64,000 nucleotides of DNA, taken from a virus. Below are positions 42,064 through 52,073 of this stretch, piece after piece. How positions within the stretch are numbered: position 1 is the stretch's first letter; the number at the start of each line of letters is the position of its first letter. The notes beneath the pieces were generated by a model that was not told the DNA's origin, did no database searches, and worked only from the letters and a program-made list of their open reading frames with translations. The stretch lies in IMG/VR virus record IMGVR_UViG_3300045988_119411; one strand, 5' to 3'. The position numbers and the translations under genes are program-made.

Positions 42064-42179
42064 ACTTACCTATATTGTAATGTATAAACGGCTCCGCAAG
42101 CGCGAGATGCCGGTGCAAGTCCGGCAGGAGCAGACACGAGAAGGAACAAGGCATCTAAAACCGAAAGGAGATCATAAAA

Positions 42180-43085
42180 ATGCCCAGAAAAGCAAACAGC
42201 AACAGCAACGCCGGAGAAAAGAAGCCGGAAGAGAAGAAAACGCAGGATTTTGGCGCACTCGGAGAATTTGAAGAGGCTGCGACCTCGACCTCGGCTGCGC
42301 CGGAGGGCTATGAGGTTGCGGCGGAGGACGTGACTGCGGTTGGCTACGATGGCAGCGAGACGCCGCTGGTGGATGTGGAACCAGCGCTGAAAGGCGAGGC
42401 AGTTACCGTGCCTTCTGAAGCTATCATTCCGGCGGATGAGGCTCCGGTTGTCAGCGAGAAGACGGAGAAGAAGACCTATTCTGAAGATGATGTGCAGAAG
42501 ATGATCGCGGACGCGGTGTCGGCGGCCGTGGCGAAGGCGATGGCCGGGATGCAGCAGCCGGCACCGCAGATCGTGCAGGTCATGGGAGACAGCGAAAAGG
42601 TCCATTTTTTGTGGCAGGCGGAGGTTGCAGATGACAACGTCGTCCTCTTCGGGGAACACGGGATGTACGGCCAGATCGTGGGAAAGACGGGAAGCTTCTA
42701 CGTGCCGAAGAACGACCTTTCGCGCGTGCTGACTGATCTGACGCGCGTATTTTTGAAGAAGCGCTGGCTGATTGCGGTGAGCGGCCTCAACGATGAAGAG
42801 CGCGAAGCTCTTGGCTGCGACTACTGCGAGGGCGAGCTGCTGGATAAAAAGGCATTTGCGAAGATGGTGGAGATCGGGGATGAGATGCTGGACATCTATC
42901 CGCGTCTCTGCGAGGGCCACAAGAAGATGGTTGCAGCTCGGTATGCCGAGGCATTTGCAAAGAACAGCCCGTATGTGACGCGCGAGCGCGTGGTAAAGCT
43001 GAACGAGATGAGCAAGACCAAGGAAAACCCGCGTGGCGACTTCGTGAGCATCATCGAGCAGATGAACGAGCGCGAGGCGCAGTAA
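42180..43085 (+). CDS. hypothetical head-module protein (301 aa)
   Basis: ORF track. GAAAGGAGATCAT RBS. Low-complexity Lys/Glu N-terminus. Confidence 0.55.
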   Translation: MPRKANSNSNAGEKKPEEKKTQDFGALGEFEEAATSTSAAPEGYEVAAEDVTAVGYDGSETPLVDVEPALKGEAVTVPSEAIIPADEAPVVSEKTEKKTYSEDDVQKMIADAVSAAVAKAMAGMQQPAPQIVQVMGDSEKVHFLWQAEVADDNVVLFGEHGMYGQIVGKTGSFYVPKNDLSRVLTDLTRVFLKKRWLIAVSGLNDEEREALGCDYCEGELLDKKAFAKMVEIGDEMLDIYPRLCEGHKKMVAARYAEAFAKNSPYVTRERVVKLNEMSKTKENPRGDFVSIIEQMNEREAQ

Positions 43086-43118
43086 AAATATAAGCTGAAT
43101 CGGAAAGGCGGCGGTTTT

Positions 43119-43259
43119 ATGGATGATCGGAGGAGAATCGAGGCGCTTTGCGGCGTCGTGGAGAGTCTTTTGGAGCTGATCGAGGATGAAGCCGCCGCCG
43201 ATGAGCAGAGAGAAGCCTATCGCCGGATCATGCGGAGGGGCGAAGAGGGGGAGGACTGA
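43119..43259 (+). CDS. small acidic protein (46 aa)
   Basis: Below the ORF-track cutoff. MDDRRRIEALCGVVESLLELIEDEAAADEQREAYRRIMRRGEEGED. Confidence 0.35.
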   Translation: MDDRRRIEALCGVVESLLELIEDEAAADEQREAYRRIMRRGEEGED

Positions 43260-43261
43260 AC

Positions 43262-43978
43262 GTGAGCGGAACGACGTGGAGCGAGATCATCACGGGATAT
43301 GCAATGGTCGTGATCGGCGATGAGCGGATGACAGACGACCTCGCGACGGACGCGGCCCTCTTTTTCCGGCGGATGAGTATTTGGCTGAAGATGGCGATGC
43401 CGATGCTGAATCGGCCGCCGGAGCTGCTGACATATCTCTCGGAGGGGCTGACCAATCCGGTATACGCGGATGCTGAATGGGTCAGCACGCAGGAGAGCAC
43501 AACGAGGGAGACCGTTGTGGAGACGGGGAAGGCCGGATTTGAGCTTTGCTCCTGTGTGATCGCGATTTCGGCGCGGAACGGCGATGTGACCTTCGTTCCA
43601 TATACGGATTTTAGTTATGATCCGGAAACAGGGAACGTCACTTTTCCGCAGCAGGATAACGCGGGGACGGAATACCGGCTCGATTTTTATACAGACGGGG
43701 CCTTCGCTCATGAGCTGACCGAAACACAAAAGAGGCTGCTTGGCTTGGCTGTGGCCGTGACGTGGGACAACCGGTTCAACCGGGAATGGCTGAACATCCA
43801 GCCGAAGCCGCACGACAAGAGTTTCGACGTGCCGAATGAGAACACGACGATGAAGGAGTCGACGGCACGCTACAAAGAAAATGCACAGCTCTTTTTTGCG
43901 GAGCTGCGGAAATATGAGCAGGATTGCGCCTATATGCGGCGGGTGAACCCCGTGCGGCGCATCTGGAAGATGATCTGA
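43262..43978 (+). CDS. hypothetical virion protein (238 aa), possible connector
   Basis: ORF track. GTG start after GGGGGAGGAC. Confidence 0.5.
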   Translation: MSGTTWSEIITGYAMVVIGDERMTDDLATDAALFFRRMSIWLKMAMPMLNRPPELLTYLSEGLTNPVYADAEWVSTQESTTRETVVETGKAGFELCSCVIAISARNGDVTFVPYTDFSYDPETGNVTFPQQDNAGTEYRLDFYTDGAFAHELTETQKRLLGLAVAVTWDNRFNREWLNIQPKPHDKSFDVPNENTTMKESTARYKENAQLFFAELRKYEQDCAYMRRVNPVRRIWKMI

Positions 43979-43990
43979 GGGAGGATGACT

Positions 43991-44698
43991 ATGGCTTGCG
44001 AATTCAGCCGCCGCGGTGGTGTGGTAAAGCTGCAGAAGAAGACAGTCAGCGCATTGACGACGGGAAAGGTAAATGTCCTTCCAGATCCGGGCTACACGGC
44101 CCTTTCTGGCGTGGATGTGGATCAGATCCGACTCCAGAGCAAGAACATTCTGCCGGGAAGCCTCCCTTATACTTTCTCGCCGGATGCAAATTATGATGGA
44201 CTTGGCAGTGCAGTTGTGCAGAAACCGAGTGCGCTGATTGCATCGAATATCAGGAGTGGCGTAAGCCTATTTGGCGTAAGTGGAACATACGAAGGAGACT
44301 CTGCTACATCTATTAAACGTATTGTTCAGTCGTCTCCGCCGTCTTCATCTTCTACATTAAAACAGTTGATAATTCCTGTCCCACAATCGTCAAAAAGGAT
44401 AACCGCAATATCATTCTATTGTTCTGATTCTAATGGTGGTTATGCAGATCCATCGAGACCCACAGCTATAGCTTGCGCAATTCCAGTTCTGGAGGAGCCG
44501 GTTTTGGTTGGTAGTAGCTATACCGTTCCAAAGGCGTATGAGGTTTATGGTAATACTGGGTCGTATAGGGGTTATGACTTGTATCTAGTTGATAATTCTC
44601 TTTCGATAATATTTTCAAACGGCTCTGTGATAATAGAGGCAACCATTGGTGCTCAGTTTGGAGTCGGATACTATACGTTCGCCATTGGACTTGGATGA
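43991..44698 (+). CDS. hypothetical virion protein, fibre-module
   Basis: ORF 43985..44698. The second ATG has better spacing to GGGAGG. The C-terminal half is low-GC. Confidence 0.5.
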   Translation: MACEFSRRGGVVKLQKKTVSALTTGKVNVLPDPGYTALSGVDVDQIRLQSKNILPGSLPYTFSPDANYDGLGSAVVQKPSALIASNIRSGVSLFGVSGTYEGDSATSIKRIVQSSPPSSSSTLKQLIIPVPQSSKRITAISFYCSDSNGGYADPSRPTAIACAIPVLEEPVLVGSSYTVPKAYEVYGNTGSYRGYDLYLVDNSLSIIFSNGSVIIEATIGAQFGVGYYTFAIGLG

Positions 44699-44716
44699 CG
44701 CAGAAAAGGTGATTTT

Positions 44717-46033
44717 ATGAGTATCGCAGACAGCGCAAAAAATGGAATCATTCTCGGCGGCTGTCTGCAACAGGCGGTGAAAAACTCGCCAGAGGAATAT
44801 AGGAGCCGCAGGCGGCAGTACATGGGGGAAGCGGCGACCGAGTTCGTCCACAAGTACGCCAAGTACGCAACTGACTATTTTGACGCAGACGTTCAGGGAC
44901 TCGACCCGAACGACCCGGATGGATGGGAAACGGTCCAGATCCGCATGGCGGACATCTCAACCGTTTCGGCGGCGACACTGCGGCGGCAGGACGACTATAA
45001 AATCATCCTGTTTGCAGACGAGAGCATCGACTATGTGAGGCTGGGGACGAAGATCCGGACCATGGGAAGCATGTGGCTAGTGGTGAATCCGCAGAACATC
45101 TCAAGCGCGGTGGGCTGTGCAATCATTCAGCGGTGCAGAACCGTTTGGAACTGGCTGGATTGGTACGGCAGGATGCAGTCGGAGCCGCTGTGCGTGGAGA
45201 AGGGAGAATTGCTCTCCAACGACAGCGACATGCAGGAATATGCGCTGATCACGAAGGGCTATGTGAACGTGGTTTGCCAGAGAAACGAAGCTACAAAGAA
45301 CCTCGCTACGAACAGCCGCATCATTCTCGGCTCGGGCGCGTACAAGATCACCGGATTTGGCGATTTTACGCAGGAATTTACCGGAGATTATGATTCGGTG
45401 CGGCTTTTGGAGTTCGCGGCGCGGTATGAGCCGCCGAACCTAGAAATTGACGATATGGAGCGGCACATTGCCGGAGGAAAGAACTTCTCATGGGAGCTCC
45501 GAATTGACGGAAGACCGACGATCCGCGAAGGGCAGACGACGCCGCTGAGTGCGGTGAGCGTCCGGAACGGGGAATTTGTGAGCAGCACGGCGGACAGGCC
45601 CGTGAGCTATCTTTGGTGCAGCTCGGACGAGGACGTGATCTTGATGCGGCCAGACGGCGTGGCTCGCGCGATGGGCGGTGGAGAATGCACCGTGCGCTGT
45701 ACGCTGGCGCAAAACCCGGAAATCTTCGCAGAATATGAAATGACCGTGGAGCCGGCGGCGGAGACCGAAGTGCTCTTCACCGGGAGCGTGCCGAAAAAGC
45801 TCGGGATCTTTGAGAGTGCGACGATCCCGGCAGCGTATTTTGAGAATGGCGAGGAAACGGGGCGGACCGTGGAATTTTCGTTCGAGGGGCCTGACAGCAT
45901 GGCCTACAGCGTGGATCAGAATCAGAACAGCGTGACTGTGATGTGCTGGAAGGGCGACAACGTTCCACTGAGAATCACGGCGAAGTGCGGCGAGAGCAGC
46001 ATTTCGGCGGAGATCGAGCTGGAGGGAATCTGA
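44717..46033 (+). CDS. virion protein with C-terminal Ig-like (Big_2-type) repeats
   Basis: ORF track. C-terminal segments such as GECTVRCTLAQNPEIFAEYEMTVEP resemble Big_2. Confidence 0.55.
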   Translation: MSIADSAKNGIILGGCLQQAVKNSPEEYRSRRRQYMGEAATEFVHKYAKYATDYFDADVQGLDPNDPDGWETVQIRMADISTVSAATLRRQDDYKIILFADESIDYVRLGTKIRTMGSMWLVVNPQNISSAVGCAIIQRCRTVWNWLDWYGRMQSEPLCVEKGELLSNDSDMQEYALITKGYVNVVCQRNEATKNLATNSRIILGSGAYKITGFGDFTQEFTGDYDSVRLLEFAARYEPPNLEIDDMERHIAGGKNFSWELRIDGRPTIREGQTTPLSAVSVRNGEFVSSTADRPVSYLWCSSDEDVILMRPDGVARAMGGGECTVRCTLAQNPEIFAEYEMTVEPAAETEVLFTGSVPKKLGIFESATIPAAYFENGEETGRTVEFSFEGPDSMAYSVDQNQNSVTVMCWKGDNVPLRITAKCGESSISAEIELEGI

Positions 46034-46035
46034 AA

Positions 46036-46740
46036 ATGGGAATCTGGATGATGCAGGGAGACCAATATGCGCTGCCATTTGCGCTGGAAATGCTGGATGG
46101 GACGCTCATCACTGACAAGATGGTAAAGACCGTGGTGCTGAACCTCGGAAGCCTATCTCGCCAGTATCCCGGTGATGTGACCTATGAAAACGGAAAATGG
46201 CTATTCCCGCTGACACAGCAGCAGACCTTCGCTATGAAGGGGCTGATTGAGCCGCAGGCGAGAGTAGAGTTTGAAAATGAGCAGATCTTCGGCGGGGCCG
46301 GGGACGGCATCGACGTGCAGAGCGCTTTCAACAAGGGAACGCTTGGAACCGGAAGCGGCACGGGGAGCCAGAAAAACCGAAATCAGGGCGGTGGTCAGAC
46401 AAAACTCTGCGGGACGATCTTCGTGCGGGTGTCGGCGGCGGGCGTTCAGTATACGGCCGAGGGTGCAGTTCGGTATGACGTGCAGCAGGATTTGACCGAG
46501 GCGGAAAAGGCACAGGCCCGGCAGAACATCGGCGCGGACGAGGCTGGGAAAGGCTCTGTCCGATATGACATCCAACAGAACCTGACGGAGAAAGAACAGC
46601 GTCAGGCAAGGGAAAACATCGGCGCCGGCGTATTTTCAGCGGCGGACGACGGAAACGGAAACATCGTCATCAACAACATGCCGGGAATGGCTGCGGCGGA
46701 TGACGGGGACGGAAATCTTGAAATCTACTGGGAAGCCTAG
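46036..46740 (+). CDS. fibre-like protein with repeated VRYDxQQxLTExExxQARxNIGA motif
   Basis: ORF 45943..46740 trimmed to MGIWMMQGDQY. Two copies of the motif, which is common in phage fibre proteins. Confidence 0.55.
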   Translation: MGIWMMQGDQYALPFALEMLDGTLITDKMVKTVVLNLGSLSRQYPGDVTYENGKWLFPLTQQQTFAMKGLIEPQARVEFENEQIFGGAGDGIDVQSAFNKGTLGTGSGTGSQKNRNQGGGQTKLCGTIFVRVSAAGVQYTAEGAVRYDVQQDLTEAEKAQARQNIGADEAGKGSVRYDIQQNLTEKEQRQARENIGAGVFSAADDGNGNIVINNMPGMAAADDGDGNLEIYWEA

Positions 46741-46764
46741 GGAAAAGAAAGTGAGTGAGAGAAC

Positions 46765-47037
46765 ATGGCAACAAAACCTCTGCGATCCGTAAAATTTCCG
46801 GGCTTGCCGGATACCTACACCATCCCGCAGGGCGGCGGAACGTCAGACACCTATGTGTTTGCACAGAGCGTCGCTTCTGATACGTGGATCATTCAGCACA
46901 ATCTCGGGAAATATCCGAGCGTGACCGTCGTGGACAGCGGCGGGAACTTGGTGGTTGGAGACGTACAGTATCTCGACCGCAACAACATCACTCTCAGATT
47001 CGCGGCTCCGTTCAGCGGAAACGCTTATCTAAACTAA
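46765..47037 (+). CDS. hypothetical protein (90 aa)
   Basis: ORF track. Confidence 0.5.
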   Translation: MATKPLRSVKFPGLPDTYTIPQGGGTSDTYVFAQSVASDTWIIQHNLGKYPSVTVVDSGGNLVVGDVQYLDRNNITLRFAAPFSGNAYLN

Positions 47038-47058
47038 AAACAAAGGGGATAGAACAAT

Positions 47059-48594
47059 ATGAGTCAAATTCTTTCCAATCTGAATCTCAACAAAAATGAG
47101 CTTCAGAACGCCGTGCTGCATCCGCTGGCAACGGCTCCGGCGAATCCGAAACTGTATCAGATCTACACGGATTCTGCGACCGGTGTCATCAAGCAGTACC
47201 TCGCGGAAGGCTGGCAGATCGTTGGTGCGGTCTATAATCAGGCGAACAGCACCGGTGCAGTTCTGACCGGCATCGGCAAGGATGGCACCGTCAAGGTCAC
47301 GGATGTGATCGATCTGACGCTCGAAGGCTATACGCCGCTGGACGGCGGCTACGTCACCGCGGGTATGACGATGGCTGCGGCTTTGAAGGCCATCGATACG
47401 GCACTGAAAAACGTCGTTTCTGAGGGCGGCGAGCCGAACCAGAATGCCTTCAGCAACATCAACATTCCCATCCAGAGCACCAACGCCGACACGCAGGTAG
47501 AGGGTCAGACGGCGGCTGCGACCATTTCGGCCACGGCAAAGACCGACACCTTCATCTTTGCCTCCGGCGACAAGTGGAGCATCGTCCACGCTGATCCGGA
47601 CACCAAGACCATCTCGCTCGGTCATGCGTTCTCTGGCGCAACCGCTGGTTCCTATGGCGATGCGACGCATGTTGCGAAGATCACCGTCGATAAGGCTGGC
47701 CATATCACTGCCGTTGAGGCTGTCGAGATCGTTGGCGCGGAGTACATCAAGAACCTGACCAGCGATGCGCAGGCGCAGATCGACGACAAGATCCCGCTTT
47801 CTCAGAAGGGTCAGAAGAACGGTGTCGCGTCTCTGGATGAAAACGGCCTTGTTCCTTCCGCACAGCTGCCGAGCTATGTAGACGACGTTGTGGAGGCGTA
47901 TGTTGTTGGCGATACCGCGCTGGCGGCTGGCTGGCTTTCCAAGACCGAGGGTGGCGAGGCCCTGACCCCGGAGACCGACAAGATCTATGTTGTCGTCGGT
48001 CCGGATGGCACTCCCTATCTCAACAAGCAGTACCGCTGGGGCGGCACGACCTATGTTGAGTGCAACCCGTCGGACGTCAACTCCGTCAACGGCAAGACTG
48101 GCATCGTCACCCTGACGCAGGATGATGTGCTCCCCGGTGAGACCTACACGCAGTTTGCCAAGACCGACAAGGAAAAGCTGGATGCCATCGACGATGAGGC
48201 CACCAAGAACACCATCACCATGAATGGCGCGGAGAACAAGAACCCGAGCTTCTACGCACCTACGGATAGCGGCACGGTCGGACAGGTCCTCGTTTCTGGC
48301 GGCGAGAACGCGGCTCCGACTTGGCAGGCGATGCCCAACCATCTCCAGAAGTACAGCATCAACAACCCCGTGATCGCAGCGGCCGGCGGCGCCTTCACTT
48401 GGACCATTGCGGCGCAGGAGAATGGCCCACAGACTCCGATGCTGGTCCAGATCTACGAGGCCGGCACGAACGAGATGGTGATGGCCGATGTGACTGTGAA
48501 TGCGGACAACAGCATCGTTATCAAGATCAACCAGACGGATTCTTCCGTCACTTCGCTGGCTGCCGGCACCTATAAGGCTGTTGCCATCGGCTAA
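47059..48594 (+). CDS. tail/neck fibre-like protein (511 aa)
   Basis: N-terminus LNLNKNELQNAVLHPLATAPANPKLYQIY is typical of phage fibre proteins. Confidence 0.55.
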   Translation: MSQILSNLNLNKNELQNAVLHPLATAPANPKLYQIYTDSATGVIKQYLAEGWQIVGAVYNQANSTGAVLTGIGKDGTVKVTDVIDLTLEGYTPLDGGYVTAGMTMAAALKAIDTALKNVVSEGGEPNQNAFSNINIPIQSTNADTQVEGQTAAATISATAKTDTFIFASGDKWSIVHADPDTKTISLGHAFSGATAGSYGDATHVAKITVDKAGHITAVEAVEIVGAEYIKNLTSDAQAQIDDKIPLSQKGQKNGVASLDENGLVPSAQLPSYVDDVVEAYVVGDTALAAGWLSKTEGGEALTPETDKIYVVVGPDGTPYLNKQYRWGGTTYVECNPSDVNSVNGKTGIVTLTQDDVLPGETYTQFAKTDKEKLDAIDDEATKNTITMNGAENKNPSFYAPTDSGTVGQVLVSGGENAAPTWQAMPNHLQKYSINNPVIAAAGGAFTWTIAAQENGPQTPMLVQIYEAGTNEMVMADVTVNADNSIVIKINQTDSSVTSLAAGTYKAVAIG

Positions 48595-48639
48595 AATTGA
48601 AAAAATCCTGCTGCGAAAGAGCGCAGCAGAAGGCTGAGA

Positions 48640-48680
48640 GGAGCATGACGGCATGACGCCGCTATGCTCTATTTTTGTTT
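48640..48680 (+). terminator. intrinsic terminator, homologous to 52819..52866
   Basis: GGAGCATGACGGC...GCCGCTATGCTC followed by TATTTTTGTTT. An upstream hairpin lies at 48608-48629. Confidence 0.6.
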
Positions 48681-48735
48681 CTCCCCGGTCCGCAAGGGCC
48701 GGGGAGAGGGTGAAACGGAAAAGGAGTATGGCGAA

Positions 48736-48990
48736 ATGAAGAATCTTGGGCTTTACAATGAAGAACTTTCGGTGCCTAGAAAGGAAGATGTCCCACAGCC
48801 TTCTGATGATACGCCAAAAGGACCGGGAGTGGCATCGGCGGGATCGGAGAATGCGTATGCCCGATGGGATCATGTGCATTCGAAGGAGCTGCCAACTGTC
48901 ACCACGTCGGACGACGGGAAGTTCCTGCGCGTTGTTTCTGGCGCATGGGCCGCTGCGGCAATCGCAAACGCGAATGGAGGTAGCTTCTGA
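48736..48990 (+). CDS. small fibre-associated protein (84 aa)
   Basis: ORF 48664..48990 trimmed to MKNLGLYNEE with an AAAAGGAGTATGG RBS. GSENAYARWDHVH motif. Confidence 0.5.
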   Translation: MKNLGLYNEELSVPRKEDVPQPSDDTPKGPGVASAGSENAYARWDHVHSKELPTVTTSDDGKFLRVVSGAWAAAAIANANGGSF

Positions 48991-50114
48991 TGGCTGAATA
49001 TTTGACAAATACAACCGACCTGGAAAAGGTTGCCGACGCAATCCGCGCGAAGGGCGGTACATCTGACCCACTGGTCTATCCGGACGGATTTGTTATGGCC
49101 ATTCAGGCCATTCAGACCGGTACAGAACTGAAAATCATCGTGTCTGTGACCTCGGGTGCAACTGTTACCGCTAAAAAAGGAAGCCTGTCTGTGAGCGGCA
49201 CATCGGTTAACGGAACGTGTACGTTGGTCGTTCCAGAAGAAGGAGAATGGACGGTTAGTGCAACATTGGGTGGGGAAACGAGCACTAGTAATATCGTGAA
49301 CGTTACATCTTCGTATGATACATCTCTGGTATTTATATCTACCATACTGAATGATAATTCATGGGAAACCATTCGTGGGATTTCTGATGCTGGAACAGGT
49401 GAAAACTTTTGGAGCATCGGCGACCGAAAGGAGATCACGCTTAACGGAACGGTTGGTACACTGACGCTCTCGAATTACACAACATACGCATTTATCATCG
49501 GATTTAACCACAATCAAGAGCTGGAGGGAACAAACCGCATCCATTTTCAGCTTGCAAAGACCGCGTTGTCCAGTGGTACAGATGTTGCGCTATGCGATAG
49601 TGGATATGGAAATGCTTTTATGGGACAATTTATAATGAATTCTAGTGAATCAAATGATGGTGGTTGGGAGTCGTCATTTATGCGCAAGTACATCTGCGGT
49701 ACGAGCATGATAAGCTATTCCAATACAATCATTGCGGTTATTCCAGAAGCACTCCGTACAGTACTTAAATATGTCACAAAGTATACAAATAATACAGGTA
49801 GATTGCAACCTGGTATGGAAGCTGCTACAGCGACAACAGACTATTTCTTCTTGCTGTCTGAATACGAGGTGTTTGGGACATTCGGTGCTTCAAACATTGG
49901 TGAATCAAAAAAACAGGCACAATACTTGTATTACAGCTCCGGAAACAGTAAGGTCAAATACAATTACAGCGCAACAAGTATAGCTGTTATTTGGTGGCTC
50001 CGTTCCCCGGTGGCAAGCGGTTCCGAGCAGTTCGTAACCGCAAGCGCGAACGGCACGGTCGCGTCTGATGATGCGAGAAGATCGTTTGGCTTCGCGCCCG
50101 GCTTTTGCGTATGA
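48990..50114 (+). CDS. putative receptor-binding / fibre-tip protein, low-GC
   Basis: ORF track. Visibly AT-rich relative to its neighbours. C-terminal IWWLRSP...FAPGFCV. Confidence 0.5.
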   Translation: MAEYLTNTTDLEKVADAIRAKGGTSDPLVYPDGFVMAIQAIQTGTELKIIVSVTSGATVTAKKGSLSVSGTSVNGTCTLVVPEEGEWTVSATLGGETSTSNIVNVTSSYDTSLVFISTILNDNSWETIRGISDAGTGENFWSIGDRKEITLNGTVGTLTLSNYTTYAFIIGFNHNQELEGTNRIHFQLAKTALSSGTDVALCDSGYGNAFMGQFIMNSSESNDGGWESSFMRKYICGTSMISYSNTIIAVIPEALRTVLKYVTKYTNNTGRLQPGMEAATATTDYFFLLSEYEVFGTFGASNIGESKKQAQYLYYSSGNSKVKYNYSATSIAVIWWLRSPVASGSEQFVTASANGTVASDDARRSFGFAPGFCV

Positions 50115-50123
50115 GGTACGATT

Positions 50124-50492
50124 ATGGACTATATCACATACAAACGCTTCAAAGGAAAATCCATCTCTGGGGAGGTTAATATCCCATACGGCACGATTTT
50201 GCAGGAGCATGAAAAATTCCTCTATCTGGACGGAAAGCCGGTTTGCTGCGTGACGAGTGAAAACGGCTGGGAGCACTTCCGGCCCAACACCGACGAGGGG
50301 CAGAGACGGCAAGCGATACTGGAAAAGCTCTATCGCTGGTACATGAAACACGGCTGCGGCGAGGATTTCACCGATGAGAACTGGCCGGGACAGGAGAACG
50401 GCTATTGGAAGAACCGGCTGCGGACGGCCAGCACGGAACGGTTGGAGAAAATCTATCAAGAGAAATTTGGAGGGACACCATGTATGCAGTAA
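50124..50492 (+). CDS. hypothetical protein (122 aa)
   Basis: ORF track. Confidence 0.5.
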   Translation: MDYITYKRFKGKSISGEVNIPYGTILQEHEKFLYLDGKPVCCVTSENGWEHFRPNTDEGQRRQAILEKLYRWYMKHGCGEDFTDENWPGQENGYWKNRLRTASTERLEKIYQEKFGGTPCMQ

Positions 50493-50791
50493 AAAAAGAG
50501 GGTGCGTTTGCCGGGTATGCGGACAGTATTGTGCTCATCCGGCTGCACGGCAACGGCTGCTATGTGCCGTGCGAGGAGGCCGAGGCCGAGGGCTTTTGCG
50601 CGAAGATGGCAGTGACGCTGACCGACGAGGACGGGAAGGCGTATCAGGCACTTTCTGACACGGTGTTCCGACTGGCGGGCAAGCTGTTGAAAGGCACGGA
50701 GCCAGAGGGCAGCTATGAGCAAATGGGCGCCGCGATCCCGCTGACGGATGCAGAGACAGCGGCGAAAATTTTACTTGGGGAGGCGGAATAA
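50480..50791 (+). CDS. hypothetical protein (103 aa)
   Basis: ORF 50405..50791 trimmed to MYAVKKEGAFAGY with a GGAGGGACACC RBS. Confidence 0.5.
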   Translation: MYAVKKEGAFAGYADSIVLIRLHGNGCYVPCEEAEAEGFCAKMAVTLTDEDGKAYQALSDTVFRLAGKLLKGTEPEGSYEQMGAAIPLTDAETAAKILLGEAE

Positions 50792-50793
50792 TA

Positions 50794-51252
50794 ATGACCT
50801 ACACAGAAAGGGCCAGAGCATTGCGCCCCTATATCGTAAAAGCGAGCGCCAGTCTGACGGACGCGGACGCCTTAAAGGCGATGGAGCTTTACCGACGCTG
50901 GGAACCTGGTCTGGTTATCAAAGCGGGCGACCGACTTGTGTTCCCGGTCAATGGCACGGACAGGCTGTTCCGCGTCAACGAAGGACAGGCCCACACGACA
51001 CAGGAGGGCTGGGAGCCGGACAAGACACCGGCGCTGTTTACCGTCATCGACGAGACCCACGCGGGCACACAGGACGACCCCATCCCCGCCGCAAAAGGCA
51101 TGGAGTACACCTACGGACTTTACTACATAGACCCGGAGGACGGCAAGCTCTATCTTTGCGAGCGTATCGGCGAGGCTGCCGGCGGTAAAATCACGCTGCA
51201 ATATCTGCCGCATGAGCTGATTGGGCAGTATTTCACAGAAGTGGAGCAGTGA
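50794..51252 (+). CDS. hypothetical protein with carbohydrate-binding-like W..G...GD....G..Y.....H....W.P pattern
   Basis: RRWEPGLVIKAGDRLVFPVNGTDRLFRVNEGQAHTTQEGWEPDKTPALF. Confidence 0.45.
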   Translation: MTYTERARALRPYIVKASASLTDADALKAMELYRRWEPGLVIKAGDRLVFPVNGTDRLFRVNEGQAHTTQEGWEPDKTPALFTVIDETHAGTQDDPIPAAKGMEYTYGLYYIDPEDGKLYLCERIGEAAGGKITLQYLPHELIGQYFTEVEQ

Positions 51253-51267
51253 TGAGGAAGAGCGGCT

Positions 51268-51453
51268 ATGAGTGAGCACTGCGCGCATGCGTATCACAAG
51301 CCCGGCGATGTGAGCTTACACTGCCGGATTTTGGAGAAGAAAGATGAAAAGCGCGACTGGTGCGCACATCAGTTCCTCTGCAAGAGAACGCGGCGATGGG
51401 AAGTCTCGGATGGGGCAATTCAGTGCGAAATTCGGAGACAGGGACAGAAATAA
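51268..51453 (+). CDS. small Cys/His-rich protein (61 aa)
   Basis: ORF track. Weak RBS. Confidence 0.3.
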   Translation: MSEHCAHAYHKPGDVSLHCRILEKKDEKRDWCAHQFLCKRTRRWEVSDGAIQCEIRRQGQK

Positions 51454-51496
51454 TAGAAGTAGGACGAGCCATGGGAAACCGAAAGGAGTAGAGAGC

Positions 51497-52072
51497 ATGG
51501 ACAAAATTGTGATCACTGCGGAAAAATTGATGGAAATGCGGGATTATGTGCCGCTGGCGGAAAAACTGCGATTCGTGGGAGAGGCGGCAGACGGCTGCTT
51601 CGACCGGATGGAGATCAAGATCAAAAATGGAGCGGACAGTTTGCCGATCCCTCCGCTCTATAAGGAAAACACCGGGATCAAGAGCAGGATGCTGATGGGC
51701 GCGTTTGCTCGGCTCTATTGCGGCGCCAAGATCGACGCGGAGAAGGAAAGCCCGTGGCTGATGAGCGTGGGAGAATATGACCGATGGGCAGGAAGCCACG
51801 TTTTCAACCAGATCGACCGGCTGAAGAAAGGGAGCGCGGAGGTGCGCGACCGGGCATTTGACATTCTGGTGGACTACAAAGATCTGGAGAAGCGGATGAA
51901 CGCGGAGATCTTTGGGATGCTGCAGGTGATGAATGAGCCGGTGTCGCGGATCATGACGGCCATCGGCCAGCAGACGACGCCGGAGGCGATGACAGCTCTG
52001 AAACAGGAGCTGGAGGGCGTGCAGAAGGAGCTTCAGGATTACGCGGTGAAGAAGAATGGCGGTGGGGCCTGA
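51497..52072 (+). CDS. hypothetical virion-module protein (191 aa)
   Basis: ORF 51344..52072 trimmed to MDKIVITAEKL with a GAAAGGAGTAGAG RBS. Confidence 0.55.
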   Translation: MDKIVITAEKLMEMRDYVPLAEKLRFVGEAADGCFDRMEIKIKNGADSLPIPPLYKENTGIKSRMLMGAFARLYCGAKIDAEKESPWLMSVGEYDRWAGSHVFNQIDRLKKGSAEVRDRAFDILVDYKDLEKRMNAEIFGMLQVMNEPVSRIMTAIGQQTTPEAMTALKQELEGVQKELQDYAVKKNGGGA

Positions 52073-52073
52073 G

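Noticed and set aside
42096-42135. GCCGGTGCAAGTCCGGC resembling the GGTG.AA.TCC core of cobalamin riboswitches
   Set aside because: It is an isolated short match. No B12 box or the other conserved helices are present, and the intergenic region is too short.
47029-49071. 680-aa minus-strand ORF opposite the fibre genes
   Set aside because: It is a shadow ORF with the same compositional problem and spans two plus-strand genes and an intergenic terminator.
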